This document shows positions 20,933 to 31,055 of a stretch of DNA of 64,000 nucleotides, piece by piece (the stretch's first letter is position 1; each line of letters begins with the position of its first letter). The stretch is from Candidatus Obscuribacteraceae bacterium (GTDB lineage: Bacteria > Cyanobacteriota > Vampirovibrionia > Obscuribacterales > Obscuribacteraceae), in NCBI GenBank assembly GCA_044229845.1, contig JBGASG010000003.1, forward strand, positions 288,001-352,000, given 5' to 3'. A model generated the notes under the pieces. The model searched no databases, was not told the origin of the DNA, and saw only the letters and a program-made list of their open reading frames with translations. The translations under genes and the position numbers were made by a program.

Positions 20933-21606
20933 TAAAAGCCAGAATCGCCCGTAGGCGTCTCTTTCGGCTTATTGAAAATCGAAAGTCCGGGACCCATGTT
21001 CTTTCGGTTGTTCTGCGGAGTAGGCGCAGCCGTGCCGGTTGGTTGCACGCCTTCACCGTGTTCGATGTAGGCACTGACGATCTGGTCGCCCGGGCGCATG
21101 TAATTGACAGTCTGCATACCGCCTATCACTTTGCCAAAAACGGCATACTTGCCGTTCAGCTGGGGCATGCCGCGCTTCAAAATGTAGAACTGGCAACTTG
21201 CCGAGTTGGGATTCGCGTTGCGAGCCATGGCCACCGCACCGGCGACATTTTGCAACCGCGGATGCGCTTCCAGCCGCAGCGTGCGCGGCTGTCCCGTATT
21301 GGGATCGAGCGCATAGCCTGTGCCGTTGCCGTTAGGGTCGCCGCCCTGGATGCACCAAGTCTCAATGCGGTGGAACGTCAGCCCGTTGTAGAAGCCGCCA
21401 TCTACCAGCTCGAGGAAGTTATTGGCGGTGTATGGCACCATGCTTTGAAAAACCACCATGGCAATGTTTCCTCGCGTGGTTTTCAGCACAACCACGGGAT
21501 CCTGCCTTTGCGCGGGCGCTGGACCGGCGCAGTAACCTACCGCCAAAACGGTTGCCACCAGAGCCAATGAAGCTTTGATCCACTTAGCTGACGACATGGT
21601 GATCAC
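20932..21606 (-). CDS. Cyclophilin-type peptidyl-prolyl isomerase, exported
   Basis: FYNGLTFHR, IQGGDP, AMAR, SASCQFYI, YAVFGKV. Confidence 0.93.
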   Translation of the reverse strand: MITMSSAKWIKASLALVATVLAVGYCAGPAPAQRQDPVVVLKTTRGNIAMVVFQSMVPYTANNFLELVDGGFYNGLTFHRIETWCIQGGDPNGNGTGYALDPNTGQPRTLRLEAHPRLQNVAGAVAMARNANPNSASCQFYILKRGMPQLNGKYAVFGKVIGGMQTVNYMRPGDQIVSAYIEHGEGVQPTGTAAPTPQNNRKNMGPGLSIFNKPKETPTGDSGF

Positions 21607-21636
21607 TCCGAAAGGTCCTGAGCCTATTCTACCCTC

Positions 21637-21969
21637 CTACATGAGTTTCTCCAGATCTCGGATATCAAGTCCAACTTCGCCAAGCTGTCTTTGCTTGTCC
21701 CGCAGGGAATCGAGCTTCTTCTCCAGTTTTACGTAAAGCTCGCTGATGTCACGCCGGAGATTCAGGATGTCTTGCTTAAGACCATCCTCCTTTCTGAGCA
21801 ACCGCAGACGGCTGTCTCGCAGCGTCAGGTACCTATCGGCATCAACGCCCTGTCCAAATGAGTCGCTACCCGCCAACGCCAGTGAGAAGGCCAGCAAGAC
21901 GACGCCCGCCGCAAGTGATTTGAATCGGCAATGTTGATGGCTTTTGCTGGACATGATATTGCTCTCCAA
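21637..21969 (-). CDS. Small exported coiled-coil hypothetical protein
   Basis: Hydrophobic signal-like segment followed by heptad repeats; co-oriented with its neighbours. Confidence 0.6.
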   Translation of the reverse strand: MESNIMSSKSHQHCRFKSLAAGVVLLAFSLALAGSDSFGQGVDADRYLTLRDSRLRLLRKEDGLKQDILNLRRDISELYVKLEKKLDSLRDKQRQLGEVGLDIRDLEKLM

Positions 21970-22028
21970 GAGAGAACGATATCGATCGAAACCGACAGAA
22001 TCCCGACAAGCTGCCTCGAATCCATAAT

Positions 22029-22700
22029 CTACGGTTCGAAGCGATAACCGAGCCCATGCACTGTTCGCACAATTGAAGCAGCACCTTCGTGGTCGACCTT
22101 CTTGCGCAAGCGCCTTATGCAGATCGACACAGCCTCTTCAGAGACTTCCGCTTCCGAGTTCCAGACTCGGTCGAGCAGAGCCTGCGCACTGAACACCAGA
22201 TTGGGGTTGCGCATGAAAAACGCCAGCAACGCGAACTCTTTCGGCAGCAGTTGCAGGTCGTCGTCCCCCCGAAATGCGGTATGTGCTCGCAGGTCGAGTC
22301 GCAGATCTCCAGCCACCAATTGATCCGTGCCGGCTGAAAGTGGACGGCGCAACAGAGCCTGAATGCGGACTGCCAGCTCGCGCATTTCAAAAGGTTTCGT
22401 CAGGTAATCATCGCATCCGGAGCGAAATCCGGTTTCCTTCTCATCGATTGAGTCTTTTCTGGTCAGCATGAGGACAGGCGTCAACCCGCCGGCTGACCGA
22501 TGTCGGTTGAGCACCTCTATACCTTCGATTTCGGGCAGTTGCCAATCAAGCACCAGCACCTCGTACTGGCTATGATTGAGCTTCTCCCAGCCTTGACTGC
22601 CAGTGCAAGCAATCTCCACTTCGTGGTGCTGAGCACGAAGAAAGTCGACCATCAGTCTCCCGAGCAGTGCATCATCTTCAACTATCAGAATCTTGGCCAT
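22029..22700 (-). CDS. OmpR-family response regulator
   Basis: ILIVEDD, LDWQLP, DDYLTKPF, winged-helix RTVHGLGY. Confidence 0.95.
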   Translation of the reverse strand: MAKILIVEDDALLGRLMVDFLRAQHHEVEIACTGSQGWEKLNHSQYEVLVLDWQLPEIEGIEVLNRHRSAGGLTPVLMLTRKDSIDEKETGFRSGCDDYLTKPFEMRELAVRIQALLRRPLSAGTDQLVAGDLRLDLRAHTAFRGDDDLQLLPKEFALLAFFMRNPNLVFSAQALLDRVWNSEAEVSEEAVSICIRRLRKKVDHEGAASIVRTVHGLGYRFEP

Positions 22701-24250
22701 CAGCTCGCGATAGAAACTTGCCGCTCACCTGGAGACCTGTTTGCATTCATTCGTAACTGATTCCCGGCTCTCGGCAACACGATTGCATGTGAAGCCGGCA
22801 ATCGAAACCAGAAGGTACAACCGGACTTCGTGCCATTTTCCACCCCAATAGAACCGCCCGAGCGCTCGATTATGCTCTTGCAAATCGCAAGTCCCAACCC
22901 ACTATGGCTGGTCGGGCTGGTCGACCGGCGTTCGACCTGGCGAAACTTCTCGAATACAGTTTCTTTCATCGCATCTGGAATTCCAGGACCCTGGTCGGCT
23001 ACTCGCACTTCCACATGGTCTGCAGTCACACGCAGACTTTCGATGGTGATGATGCCCCTTTCGGGAGAAACCTCGATAGCATTGCCGACGATATTGACCA
23101 GCACCTGCGTGGCACGCGCCTTATCCACGAATACGCGCGCGTCGCCGACATAGACATCAAAGCGCAGCTGTTTGGCTTTCGTCAACGCATTCAGGGAATT
23201 CATGCAATCTATGACTATGTCAGAAACAGCGACATCTATCGGATTGTACTCCACGACCCCGGACTCAAGCCGTTCTACATCAAGTAAGTCGTTAATTAAA
23301 GAGATCAACCGCAGCACGTTGTTCCGCGATTGACTCAAGATCTCCTTCCCGTCAGGCGAGAGCGCCCCATAGGTTTCGTCCTTCAGCATGCTGACCACAG
23401 CCAGCAACGAAGTAAGCGGTGAACGCAAATCGTGACTGACCATGTTGATCAGGTCGCGTTTCAACTGATCCGTTTCTGCCTTTTTCGCGGCCATGTCATG
23501 GAACGTTGCATCGAGGTGGGCGATTTCATCGACCCCACCGACAGGCGCATGGAGCGCTCGATTTGCAGACAGCAAGTGCGTGTTGTCCATCAAAATTTTC
23601 AGCCGGGCAGAAATTCCAGTATGAAAGTAGAACGCCACCACAATCGCCAGCAAAATGTTGAATGGAACCGCCACCCAGAGGAGCGCCGCGACTGACTCAC
23701 GATAGCCTCGCTGCCGCTTCTGGCTTTCATCCTGAATGTTTCGCTGGCGGTCATTGAGGTCGTGCAGTTCGACAACAATGTCATCCATGCACTGCCGTCC
23801 TTCCTTCACGGCTCGCTGGTAACCGAGCGAACGGGTCATGATGTCGGCGTCAGGATCTATGAATACCGTCGCAAAGGATCTGGCACAATCCCGCACGCGT
23901 TGACGCAGCGAGATTATGCGTTGAGCCTCACGTTGGTCATCGCAATTGGAGGCGATAGTGCTCATATCCTCTGATACGGCTGCGATTGGATTGTGCGTGT
24001 AGGGAGACAAAGATTCAGGAACCTGCTTACCGCTATAGCGCAGGCAGGCAACATAGAAATGCAGAATTAGTTTGTTGGAAGCAACACTGAGATTTCGCGC
24101 ACGCGTTTCGCGAGCCACCTCGATTTCCGTTCGCTTTTGCAGGTCCAGCAACACCGCCACGAACAGCAGTTCGAAAACAAGCGGAACGGCAATCAAAAGC
24201 AGTGCTTTATGCCAGAGAGTCAGTCGTCTGAGCATGGTCTGATACCACAC
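22700..24250 (-). CDS. Sensor histidine kinase (2 TM, HAMP, HisKA, HATPase)
   Basis: SHDLRSPLTS, NIVGNAI, DQGPGI, FEKF, GLGLAICK; its stop overlaps the regulator start. Confidence 0.95.
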   Translation of the reverse strand: MWYQTMLRRLTLWHKALLLIAVPLVFELLFVAVLLDLQKRTEIEVARETRARNLSVASNKLILHFYVACLRYSGKQVPESLSPYTHNPIAAVSEDMSTIASNCDDQREAQRIISLRQRVRDCARSFATVFIDPDADIMTRSLGYQRAVKEGRQCMDDIVVELHDLNDRQRNIQDESQKRQRGYRESVAALLWVAVPFNILLAIVVAFYFHTGISARLKILMDNTHLLSANRALHAPVGGVDEIAHLDATFHDMAAKKAETDQLKRDLINMVSHDLRSPLTSLLAVVSMLKDETYGALSPDGKEILSQSRNNVLRLISLINDLLDVERLESGVVEYNPIDVAVSDIVIDCMNSLNALTKAKQLRFDVYVGDARVFVDKARATQVLVNIVGNAIEVSPERGIITIESLRVTADHVEVRVADQGPGIPDAMKETVFEKFRQVERRSTSPTSHSGLGLAICKSIIERSGGSIGVENGTKSGCTFWFRLPASHAIVLPRAGNQLRMNANRSPGERQVSIAS

Positions 24251-24419
24251 TTAGTGTTTGTTAGCACAATCCAGGGGAACACGACGGCGATCAGCCGTCT
24301 TCACACCAACACTAATTGCCGGACAATCGGTTGTCTATGTGAAAAATACGGCACACCATAGCTGCTGAGATGCGCTGCCCGTGTCAGTTTTGTGAAATGC
24401 AAGCCACTGCCGCTTTGGG

Positions 24420-26978
24420 CTAGACCGGGTAAGGATTGCCGACTGCCTTGTTGAGGAACCTCGTGATGCTGCCTTGGAAGAGCAGATCGACGGTGCCGAC
24501 TGGACCGTTACGCTGCTTAGCGATGATGATTTCAGCCTCGCCGCGCCGGTCGCTTTCCGGGTTGTAGTACTCGTCGCGGTAGATGAACATGACCACGTCC
24601 GCGTCTTGCTCAATAGATCCTGATTCGCGCAAGTCCGACAACATCGGACGCTTGTTCTGTCGGGCTTCCACCGCGCGCGACAGCTGCGACAGCGCCAGAA
24701 CCGGCACGTTCAGTTCGCGGGCCAGCGTCTTCAGTCCGCGCGAAATCTCCGAAACTTCCTGCACGCGGTTATCGGTGCCGCCCTTCCTTCCCTGCATCAA
24801 CTGAATATAGTCGATGATGATCAAGCCCAGACCTTTGTATTCCGCCTTCAATCGCCGCGCTTTGGCGCGGATGTCCAGCGCCGTCACTACCGGTGCGTCG
24901 TCGATGAAAATCGGTGCTTCACCAAGCCTGCCCATGGCCGATGCCAGGTTGGCCCAGTCACTGCTTTGCAGAAGACCGCTGCGCAACTTGTTGGCATCGA
25001 GCTTGGCTTCGGCGCACAGGAAACGCTGTACGAGCTGTTCCTTCGACATTTCCAACGAGAAGATGGCGCACGGAATGTTGTGTTCGACGGCTGCGTGCTG
25101 AGCTATGTTCAGCACGAACGCCGTGTTGTGCACGCAAATATCGTTGGCCACGAAGTTGTGCGTCTCGGGGATGGTCAGGTCGTAGACCTGTTTCTCACCG
25201 ACAGATTCGATTGAGACGATTTCATCCCAATAGACATCTTCGGTGGACAGGTCTTGTAAAAGTTTCCGGCGCAGAGCGGAGGAGAATTCGACAAGCTGCG
25301 CCGGGTTTGAAGTACGCCTGCAAGAGCGTTGCTTCATGTCATTTTGCTCGCGCCACAGAGAATCAAATTGAGAGATTCCAGAGTGCGAACTCTTGACCGC
25401 CTTCATTTTGCTGCGGTCTTCTAAAACTATGAGGTTGTTTTCAGATGGCGCCTGTCTGGCTGCCAGCGCGTGCAATATCTGATCGATTGAGTCTTCGCTG
25501 CCGATCATGCCGATCTCGTTGCAGAATATCTGCAGCGAACGGACTTCGGAGATGCCCAGCAACCACAGACAATGCCGCTCGGATCCGCTGCGCACGAATC
25601 GGCGGCGCAACTTTGCCACTACTCCGAAACGCAAAAGCAAATGCTGGACTTGCTTGGCGATGCGCTCGCTCGGCGTGGCATAAGCGATCCACGGCTGTCC
25701 GCTGGATGAACGCACTGTCCACCCATCGCACGCAAACAAGCGATTAATAAAGATAGCCAGCTGATCTTCGGGCAAAGTGAAAACGGAAGGCGGGATTACT
25801 TTGTCTTCCGGGTCGCGTCCCCAGATGTCGTGCTGTTTGCACCAGAAATCCAGTCGCGAATTGGTGCAAGAGCTGAATTCAGTTGCGGCTTCCAGAAAGT
25901 CTGTCTGCACTTCCGAGTTATCGACAGTCAGGCTGATGGTGTTACCGGTGATGCAGCCATCGCCGAGCATGAACGCCAGCAGTTTGACCTCACACTCGCG
26001 CAGCGGCTGGCAGCCGAACACAGGCAGGCGGCGCGGCACTGCCACCGGGCTGCCCGGGCGCAGCTCGGAGAGTTTCTTCCAGCCGTCCGTGGTCAAAAAC
26101 GGGTGCGACGCAGTCGTCTCGATTACGCGCCCCAGTCTGGTCGCCACGCGGAAGACCGGCTTAACACCATCGTCGACGAAGGCTGTCGGCTTGGTCCAGT
26201 CGAGTTTGTAGTTGGGCAACAGCGTGAGCAGGCGCGCTGTGCCGCGTTCGTAGATTTCTTGAATCGTCGAGACGCTGCCGTCGGCCAGCACGATTTCTGA
26301 GTCGTACGCCAGGCACTTACCCATGGATGGACGGGCGGCAATGATCACGAGATCGGACGGTTGCCAGCCTGATGTCATCGTATCGAGATCATAGAAACCA
26401 GACGGTACGCCCGAAAGCGAGTCACGCTCTTCATAGCGCTTTTCGATGCGGGCAAACGAATCGGCAACGATATCGCGGATGTGCACTAGCTTCGACATGT
26501 TGCGATTCTGGGCAATACCGAAGATCAAACTCTCCGCGCGATCTACCGCCGTGTCGGCGTCGGTGTCTTCGTAGGCGCCCTGCACAATTTCCGTACCGGC
26601 TTTGATCAAATTACGCAGCAGAGCTTTCTCGTTGACTACCTTGGCGTAGTATTCAACGTTGGCTGTGGTTGCCACCGAGAGGGCGAGGTCCGCCAGATAC
26701 TGGCGTCCGCCGACAACATCCAGCTTGCCCTGATCTTTCAGATATTGGGATGTGGTGACGATGTCGATTGGCTCGTTCTTCTCGAAGAGGTCGAGGATCG
26801 CCGCAAAAAGCACCTGGTGTGCCTTGCGATAAAAATGCTCCGGTTCTAATTGATCGACAACTCTCGAGATAGCGTCGGTGGCGACGAGAATCGCACCCAG
26901 AACCGCCTGCTCTGCATCCACTGATTGTGGCGGCATGCGCTCCAGTGCGGAATCGGCTACATTGACATCGACGCTCAT
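24420..26978 (-). CDS. dnaB: Replicative DNA helicase DnaB containing an intein
   Basis: PPQSVDAEQAVLG, AARPSMGK|T Walker A split by the intein, IDYIQL, LSQLSR, SDLRESGSIEQDAD, KQRNGP. Confidence 0.97.
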   Translation of the reverse strand: MSVDVNVADSALERMPPQSVDAEQAVLGAILVATDAISRVVDQLEPEHFYRKAHQVLFAAILDLFEKNEPIDIVTTSQYLKDQGKLDVVGGRQYLADLALSVATTANVEYYAKVVNEKALLRNLIKAGTEIVQGAYEDTDADTAVDRAESLIFGIAQNRNMSKLVHIRDIVADSFARIEKRYEERDSLSGVPSGFYDLDTMTSGWQPSDLVIIAARPSMGKCLAYDSEIVLADGSVSTIQEIYERGTARLLTLLPNYKLDWTKPTAFVDDGVKPVFRVATRLGRVIETTASHPFLTTDGWKKLSELRPGSPVAVPRRLPVFGCQPLRECEVKLLAFMLGDGCITGNTISLTVDNSEVQTDFLEAATEFSSCTNSRLDFWCKQHDIWGRDPEDKVIPPSVFTLPEDQLAIFINRLFACDGWTVRSSSGQPWIAYATPSERIAKQVQHLLLRFGVVAKLRRRFVRSGSERHCLWLLGISEVRSLQIFCNEIGMIGSEDSIDQILHALAARQAPSENNLIVLEDRSKMKAVKSSHSGISQFDSLWREQNDMKQRSCRRTSNPAQLVEFSSALRRKLLQDLSTEDVYWDEIVSIESVGEKQVYDLTIPETHNFVANDICVHNTAFVLNIAQHAAVEHNIPCAIFSLEMSKEQLVQRFLCAEAKLDANKLRSGLLQSSDWANLASAMGRLGEAPIFIDDAPVVTALDIRAKARRLKAEYKGLGLIIIDYIQLMQGRKGGTDNRVQEVSEISRGLKTLARELNVPVLALSQLSRAVEARQNKRPMLSDLRESGSIEQDADVVMFIYRDEYYNPESDRRGEAEIIIAKQRNGPVGTVDLLFQGSITRFLNKAVGNPYPV
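25125..26315 (-). mobile_element. 397-aa intein with LAGLIDADG homing-endonuclease region in the DnaB P-loop
   Basis: Starts CLAYDS after GK. Block B TTASHPF; LAFMLGDG and LFACDG motifs; ends VYDLTI...NFVANDICVHN followed by Thr +1. Confidence 0.95.
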
Positions 26979-27315
26979 AAGCGTTGCTATCCCTTTTGCA
27001 AATGGGGGACTCGAATGGGGCTATCTCTAATACGTTGGAGGCGGGTAAAAAGTTCAATCGCCCGGACAAAACGCCTGGAGACTTAATGCACAATATTCAG
27101 TTTGTTCGATTGCCATCAATAATAATGGAACACCCGCGATAAAACCGGGAGATAATCTTCTTTTCCCCGCACGATCAGCTATCCAAGCCGATCCTCGGCT
27201 ATAGCGCTTGGATATATCGACTCACTTTCCTTAGTAACTCTCATACAGACGCAACACTGCGCATAGCCTTCGCCATGATGCCAGTAGATGCCACCATGCG
27301 TGATGGCAATAAAAT

Positions 27316-27380
27316 TCCGGGTCAGCTGGCGGAGTCGGGGTTCGCCGCACGTGGCGAACCGGCTCCGCGACTGACCCGGA
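27316..27380. other. 65-nt GC-rich stem-loop; terminator or structured RNA
   Basis: Three stacked stems: TCCGGGTCAG/CTGACCCGGA, GCGGAGTC/GGCTCCGC and GGTTCGCC/GGCGAACC. ATTTTATT follows it on the minus strand. Confidence 0.7.
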
Positions 27381-27479
27381 GTAGTTGTGTATTACTTAGA
27401 TACGCTGGGAAGTGTGTGGTGTGGAGTGGAACAGGTGGTGAAAACTAGAACTAGGACAGGAGGGATCGAGTTTTTCAGG

Positions 27480-27740
27480 TCAATTGAACTTGGCTGTACC
27501 GCCATCCTCTATGGCAGCATTGAGAATCAGTCTGTCAAACCATGTGCTGCGATCTGAAAGGACTTTGATTACCTTGTTGGCTCGTCTGAGCTCTACATGC
27601 AAGGACCCATTTTCCATTTGGACAGATGCCAGAGCCGAACGGAGGTCATTCAGCTCTTTTCGGAGTGATTTGATCTCTTCCGAATCTCCTTGTATTGCCG
27701 AATTCATCGTCATCGGCGCCGTAACTGTAATGCCCGTCAT
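27480..27740 (-). CDS. Small coiled-coil hypothetical protein (86 aa)
   Basis: ATG at 27740 after AAAGG; heptad pattern EEIKSLRKELNDLRSAL. The track's longer start at 27965 spans non-coding hairpins. Confidence 0.65.
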   Translation of the reverse strand: MTGITVTAPMTMNSAIQGDSEEIKSLRKELNDLRSALASVQMENGSLHVELRRANKVIKVLSDRSTWFDRLILNAAIEDGGTAKFN

Positions 27741-27779
27741 ATAGATGCCTTTTGGAGAACTCGCCCGGGGTCGTAAAGA

Positions 27780-27853
27780 CCCACGTAGAGGATTGTATGC
27801 GCGGATGTCAATAATGCAACTTAGATTTGCCTTAACCGTTGCCTCTACGTGGG
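27780..27853. repeat. Perfect 12-bp inverted repeat flanking a putative minus-strand promoter
   Basis: CCCACGTAGAGG (27780-27791) and CCTCTACGTGGG (27842-27853). The 50-bp spacer reads TTGCAT-N16-TACAAT on the minus strand. Confidence 0.7.
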
Positions 27854-27928
27854 AATTACCGCCCTCGACACGCTCACACGGGCACGCGAAATGCGGATGT
27901 TTTTCGCGCGTTCCGGACCTGCATGACT

Positions 27929-27958
27929 GAGAGGCAGCCACTTTCGAGGCTGCCTCTC
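27929..27958. terminator. Hairpin downstream of acs
   Basis: GAGAGGCAGCC-N8-GGCTGCCTCTC 11-bp stem; weak U tail. Confidence 0.55.
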
Positions 27959-27989
27959 CCTTCAATCAAATTACGGACTGGGCTGCAGA

Positions 27990-29819
27990 TTAGTCTTCTT
28001 CAAGGGAAGAAGTGTCGCCGGTGGGTAGTCCGAGTTCCCAGGCTTTCAGCAATCGGCGCATGATTTTGCCGCTACGGGTCTTGGGCAGAGATTCTTTCAC
28101 TTCAATCTCGCGCGGGTAGGCGTGGGCAGCCAATTGGCGCTTGCAGTGATCTTTGATCTCTTCGATCAGGTCTTCGCTGAAGGTCACGTCGTTGGCCAGC
28201 ACAACAAAGGCCTTGATGATTTCACCCCGCTCTTTGTCGGGCTTGCCGATTACACCAGCCTCAGCAACTGCGACGTGTTCTACCAGAGCCGACTCGACTT
28301 CGAATGGTCCAACACGGTGTCCGGCAGTGTTGATCACGTCGTCGGCGCGGCCAACAAACCAGATATAGCCTTCGTTGTCTTTCCACGCATTATCGCCGCT
28401 GAAGTACCAGCCGGGAATGCGGAAGTATTCGCGGTACTTTTCTTCGTTGCGCCAGATTTCTCTGAGCATCGACGGCCAGCCTGGACGCACCACCAGACGA
28501 CCCAATTGTCCGGGTTGCATCTCATTGCCTTCGTCATCGACCACGGTGACATAGACGCCGGGCAGCGGACGTCCCATCGAGCCCGGCTTGACCGGCAGGC
28601 AGGGCAGGTTTGCCACCAGTTGCATGCCGGTCTCGGTTTGCCACCAGTTATCGTGAATCGGCAGACCATAGACTTTCATGCCCCAGCGCACCACTTCCGG
28701 ATTGAGCGGTTCGCCGACGCTGCAGATATGGCGCAGCGATTGCAGAGAGTAGCGGTAGACAGTTTCATCACCAGCTTTCATGAGCATGCGCAGCGCTGTT
28801 GGTGCCGTATACCAAACAGTGACGCGCAGACGGTCGATGAGTTGATACCAGCTATCGGCATCGAACCGTCCTTCGTAGGTGACCATCGAGGCACCCAGCG
28901 ACCAGGGTCCGAACAAACCATATACGGTGCCCGTTACCCAACCTGGATCGGCTGTACACCAGTACACATCATCGTCGCGCAGGTCGAGCACCCATTTGGT
29001 GGTCATATGCATGCCGATGATGTCGTTGTGCACATGCAGCACACCTTTCGGCTTGCCGGTGGTGCCGGATGTATAAAGCAGGTAGAGAGGATCTTCCGGA
29101 TCCATGTGAGCAACTTCCAGTTTCTCGGAAGCTTCCACCATCAGTTCTTCGTAGCTCAGCTCGCCGCGCTTGAGCTTTTCATCGCTACGCACCACAATCA
29201 CGTATTCCAGATCGGGCAGTTGATCGCGAATCTGATCTAGTTTCGGTTTGAGTTGTGGTGTCGTGATGATGACTTTAGCCTGGCTGTCTTGCAGACGGTC
29301 ACGCAGAGCGTCCGGACCGAATGCTGAGAACAAGGGACCGACCACAGCGCCGATTTTCGCAATTGCGAGAGTGGAGATATAGAGTTCGGGAATGCGCGGC
29401 ATGAAGACGAACACGCGATCGCCTTTTTGCACACCAATCGACTTGAGCGCGTTGCCCAGACGATTGGACATCAAATACATGTCCTGATAAGTGAACAGCT
29501 CGAGTTTGTTCTCGGCATCGATGCAATACAGAGCGACTTTGTTGCGGCGACCATCGTGCATGTGCCGGTCGATGGCGTTGTATGCCGCGTTCAGCTTGCC
29601 TTCGGCAAAGTACGAGATTTCGGATTTCGCCTGATCCCAAGAAAATGACGCGTAAGTCGCCTCGTAATCTTCGACGTTGGCGCGGACGGGAAACTTTTTG
29701 ATTACTTCAGCGCGCCCGCTCGGCACGCTGACACTACCGGAGGCAAGAAACTGCGTCGGGGCCGTTGCGGTCGCCCCGGACTTGGAACTCTTACCGCTTC
29801 TGTCAGCTACTTTTGCCAT
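27990..29819 (-). CDS. acsA: Acetate--CoA ligase (AcsA type)
   Basis: YTSGTTGKPKG, ADPGWVTG, SVGEPLNP, DNWWQTETG, LPKTRSGKIMRR. Confidence 0.95.
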   Translation of the reverse strand: MAKVADRSGKSSKSGATATAPTQFLASGSVSVPSGRAEVIKKFPVRANVEDYEATYASFSWDQAKSEISYFAEGKLNAAYNAIDRHMHDGRRNKVALYCIDAENKLELFTYQDMYLMSNRLGNALKSIGVQKGDRVFVFMPRIPELYISTLAIAKIGAVVGPLFSAFGPDALRDRLQDSQAKVIITTPQLKPKLDQIRDQLPDLEYVIVVRSDEKLKRGELSYEELMVEASEKLEVAHMDPEDPLYLLYTSGTTGKPKGVLHVHNDIIGMHMTTKWVLDLRDDDVYWCTADPGWVTGTVYGLFGPWSLGASMVTYEGRFDADSWYQLIDRLRVTVWYTAPTALRMLMKAGDETVYRYSLQSLRHICSVGEPLNPEVVRWGMKVYGLPIHDNWWQTETGMQLVANLPCLPVKPGSMGRPLPGVYVTVVDDEGNEMQPGQLGRLVVRPGWPSMLREIWRNEEKYREYFRIPGWYFSGDNAWKDNEGYIWFVGRADDVINTAGHRVGPFEVESALVEHVAVAEAGVIGKPDKERGEIIKAFVVLANDVTFSEDLIEEIKDHCKRQLAAHAYPREIEVKESLPKTRSGKIMRRLLKAWELGLPTGDTSSLEED

Positions 29820-29951
29820 TTCTACCTCCGGCTAAATTGGCAGCCAGCGATTATGCATAGTTGAATATCTTAACGCGTACGCGCGTCAATGTTTAGCTAT
29901 CCTATTCAACCTCTGATTTATTCATCGGCAGCTTCTAATCGGAAAAGTCAA

Positions 29952-30995
29952 ATGGCCAACAGAACAATGAAAGCAGTGGTCGTCCGCGAGCAGGGTCCGC
30001 CCAGCGTCCTCAAGAACGAAGAGGTACCGGTGCCGCCGCCAGAGCTGGGAGAAGTAATGGTCAAGGTGCGAGGTTGCGCGCTCAATCATCTGGACATCTG
30101 GTGCCGGTCGACATTGCCCAGCGTCAAGTTGCCTCTCATTCTCGGCTGCGATGTTGCGGGAGAGGTTGTGGAAGCCGGCGCCGATGTAGCGCATGTGAAA
30201 GTCGGTGACAAGGTTTTGGTTTCGCCCGGTCTGAGCTGCAACACCTGCAAAGAATGTCTCTCAGGCAGAGAAAATCTCTGTCGCTACTATCACATTCTCG
30301 GTGCGGCAAGAAACGGTGGATATGCTGAATACGTGAACGTTCCCGCCATCAATTGCTTCCCCGTGCCGATCGGACTGAACTTTCACCAAGCCGCATCTAT
30401 TCCCCTGGTCTTCATGACCGCGTGGCACATGCTGGTAGCTCGTGCGCAGGTGAAGACGAATGAAACCGTCCTTGTGATCGCAGGCGGCAGTGGCGTCGGT
30501 TCAGCGGCGATTCAAATTGCCAAGCTCTTTCAGTGCCATGTCATCGCGACCGTGGGCAACGACGAGAAGTCGAAGTTGGCAAAGTTTCTCGGTGCCGACG
30601 ATGTGATCAATCACAGCAAGCAAGACATTGCTGAAGAGGTGAAGAAACTGACCGAAAAGCGCGGCGTCGATGTCGTCATTGAACACGTCGGTCCGGCCGT
30701 TTTCGAACAGTGCCTGCAGTCGATGGCGACGGGCGGTCGCCTGGTCACATGCGGTGGCACCACGGGCGCCAAAGTCGAAATCGACATACCCCGTCTGTTC
30801 ATGAAGCATCAGACTATCTACGGCTCTGTGATGGGGACGAAACGCGAACTTGCAGACATGTTGCCGCTGTTCGAGAAAGGGCATCTCAAGCCGGTGGTGG
30901 ACAATGTGTTTCCTCTGCACGAAGCGCGCGAAGCGCACGAGATGATGGAAGCCCGCAAGCAATTCGGCAAAATCGTAGTCGACCCGACCGCATAA
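29952..30995 (+). CDS. MDR-family (zinc-binding) dehydrogenase/quinone oxidoreductase
   Basis: ALNHLD, structural Zn site CNTCKEC...C, GGSGVG, FGKIV. Confidence 0.9.
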   Translation: MANRTMKAVVVREQGPPSVLKNEEVPVPPPELGEVMVKVRGCALNHLDIWCRSTLPSVKLPLILGCDVAGEVVEAGADVAHVKVGDKVLVSPGLSCNTCKECLSGRENLCRYYHILGAARNGGYAEYVNVPAINCFPVPIGLNFHQAASIPLVFMTAWHMLVARAQVKTNETVLVIAGGSGVGSAAIQIAKLFQCHVIATVGNDEKSKLAKFLGADDVINHSKQDIAEEVKKLTEKRGVDVVIEHVGPAVFEQCLQSMATGGRLVTCGGTTGAKVEIDIPRLFMKHQTIYGSVMGTKRELADMLPLFEKGHLKPVVDNVFPLHEAREAHEMMEARKQFGKIVVDPTA

Positions 30996-31055
30996 CTATG
31001 CAACTGTGCGCGGTGCTACTGTACCACTTGCACCAGCTCCGATATCTCACTGCGC

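Noticed and set aside
27316..27380. Hairpin as SRP RNA, 6S RNA, tRNA or tmRNA
   Set aside because: No SRP GGAA-loop motif, no cloverleaf or T-loop, no tmRNA ends, and too short for 6S.
26979..27479. Replication origin next to dnaB
   Set aside because: No cluster of TTATCCACA-like DnaA boxes seen.
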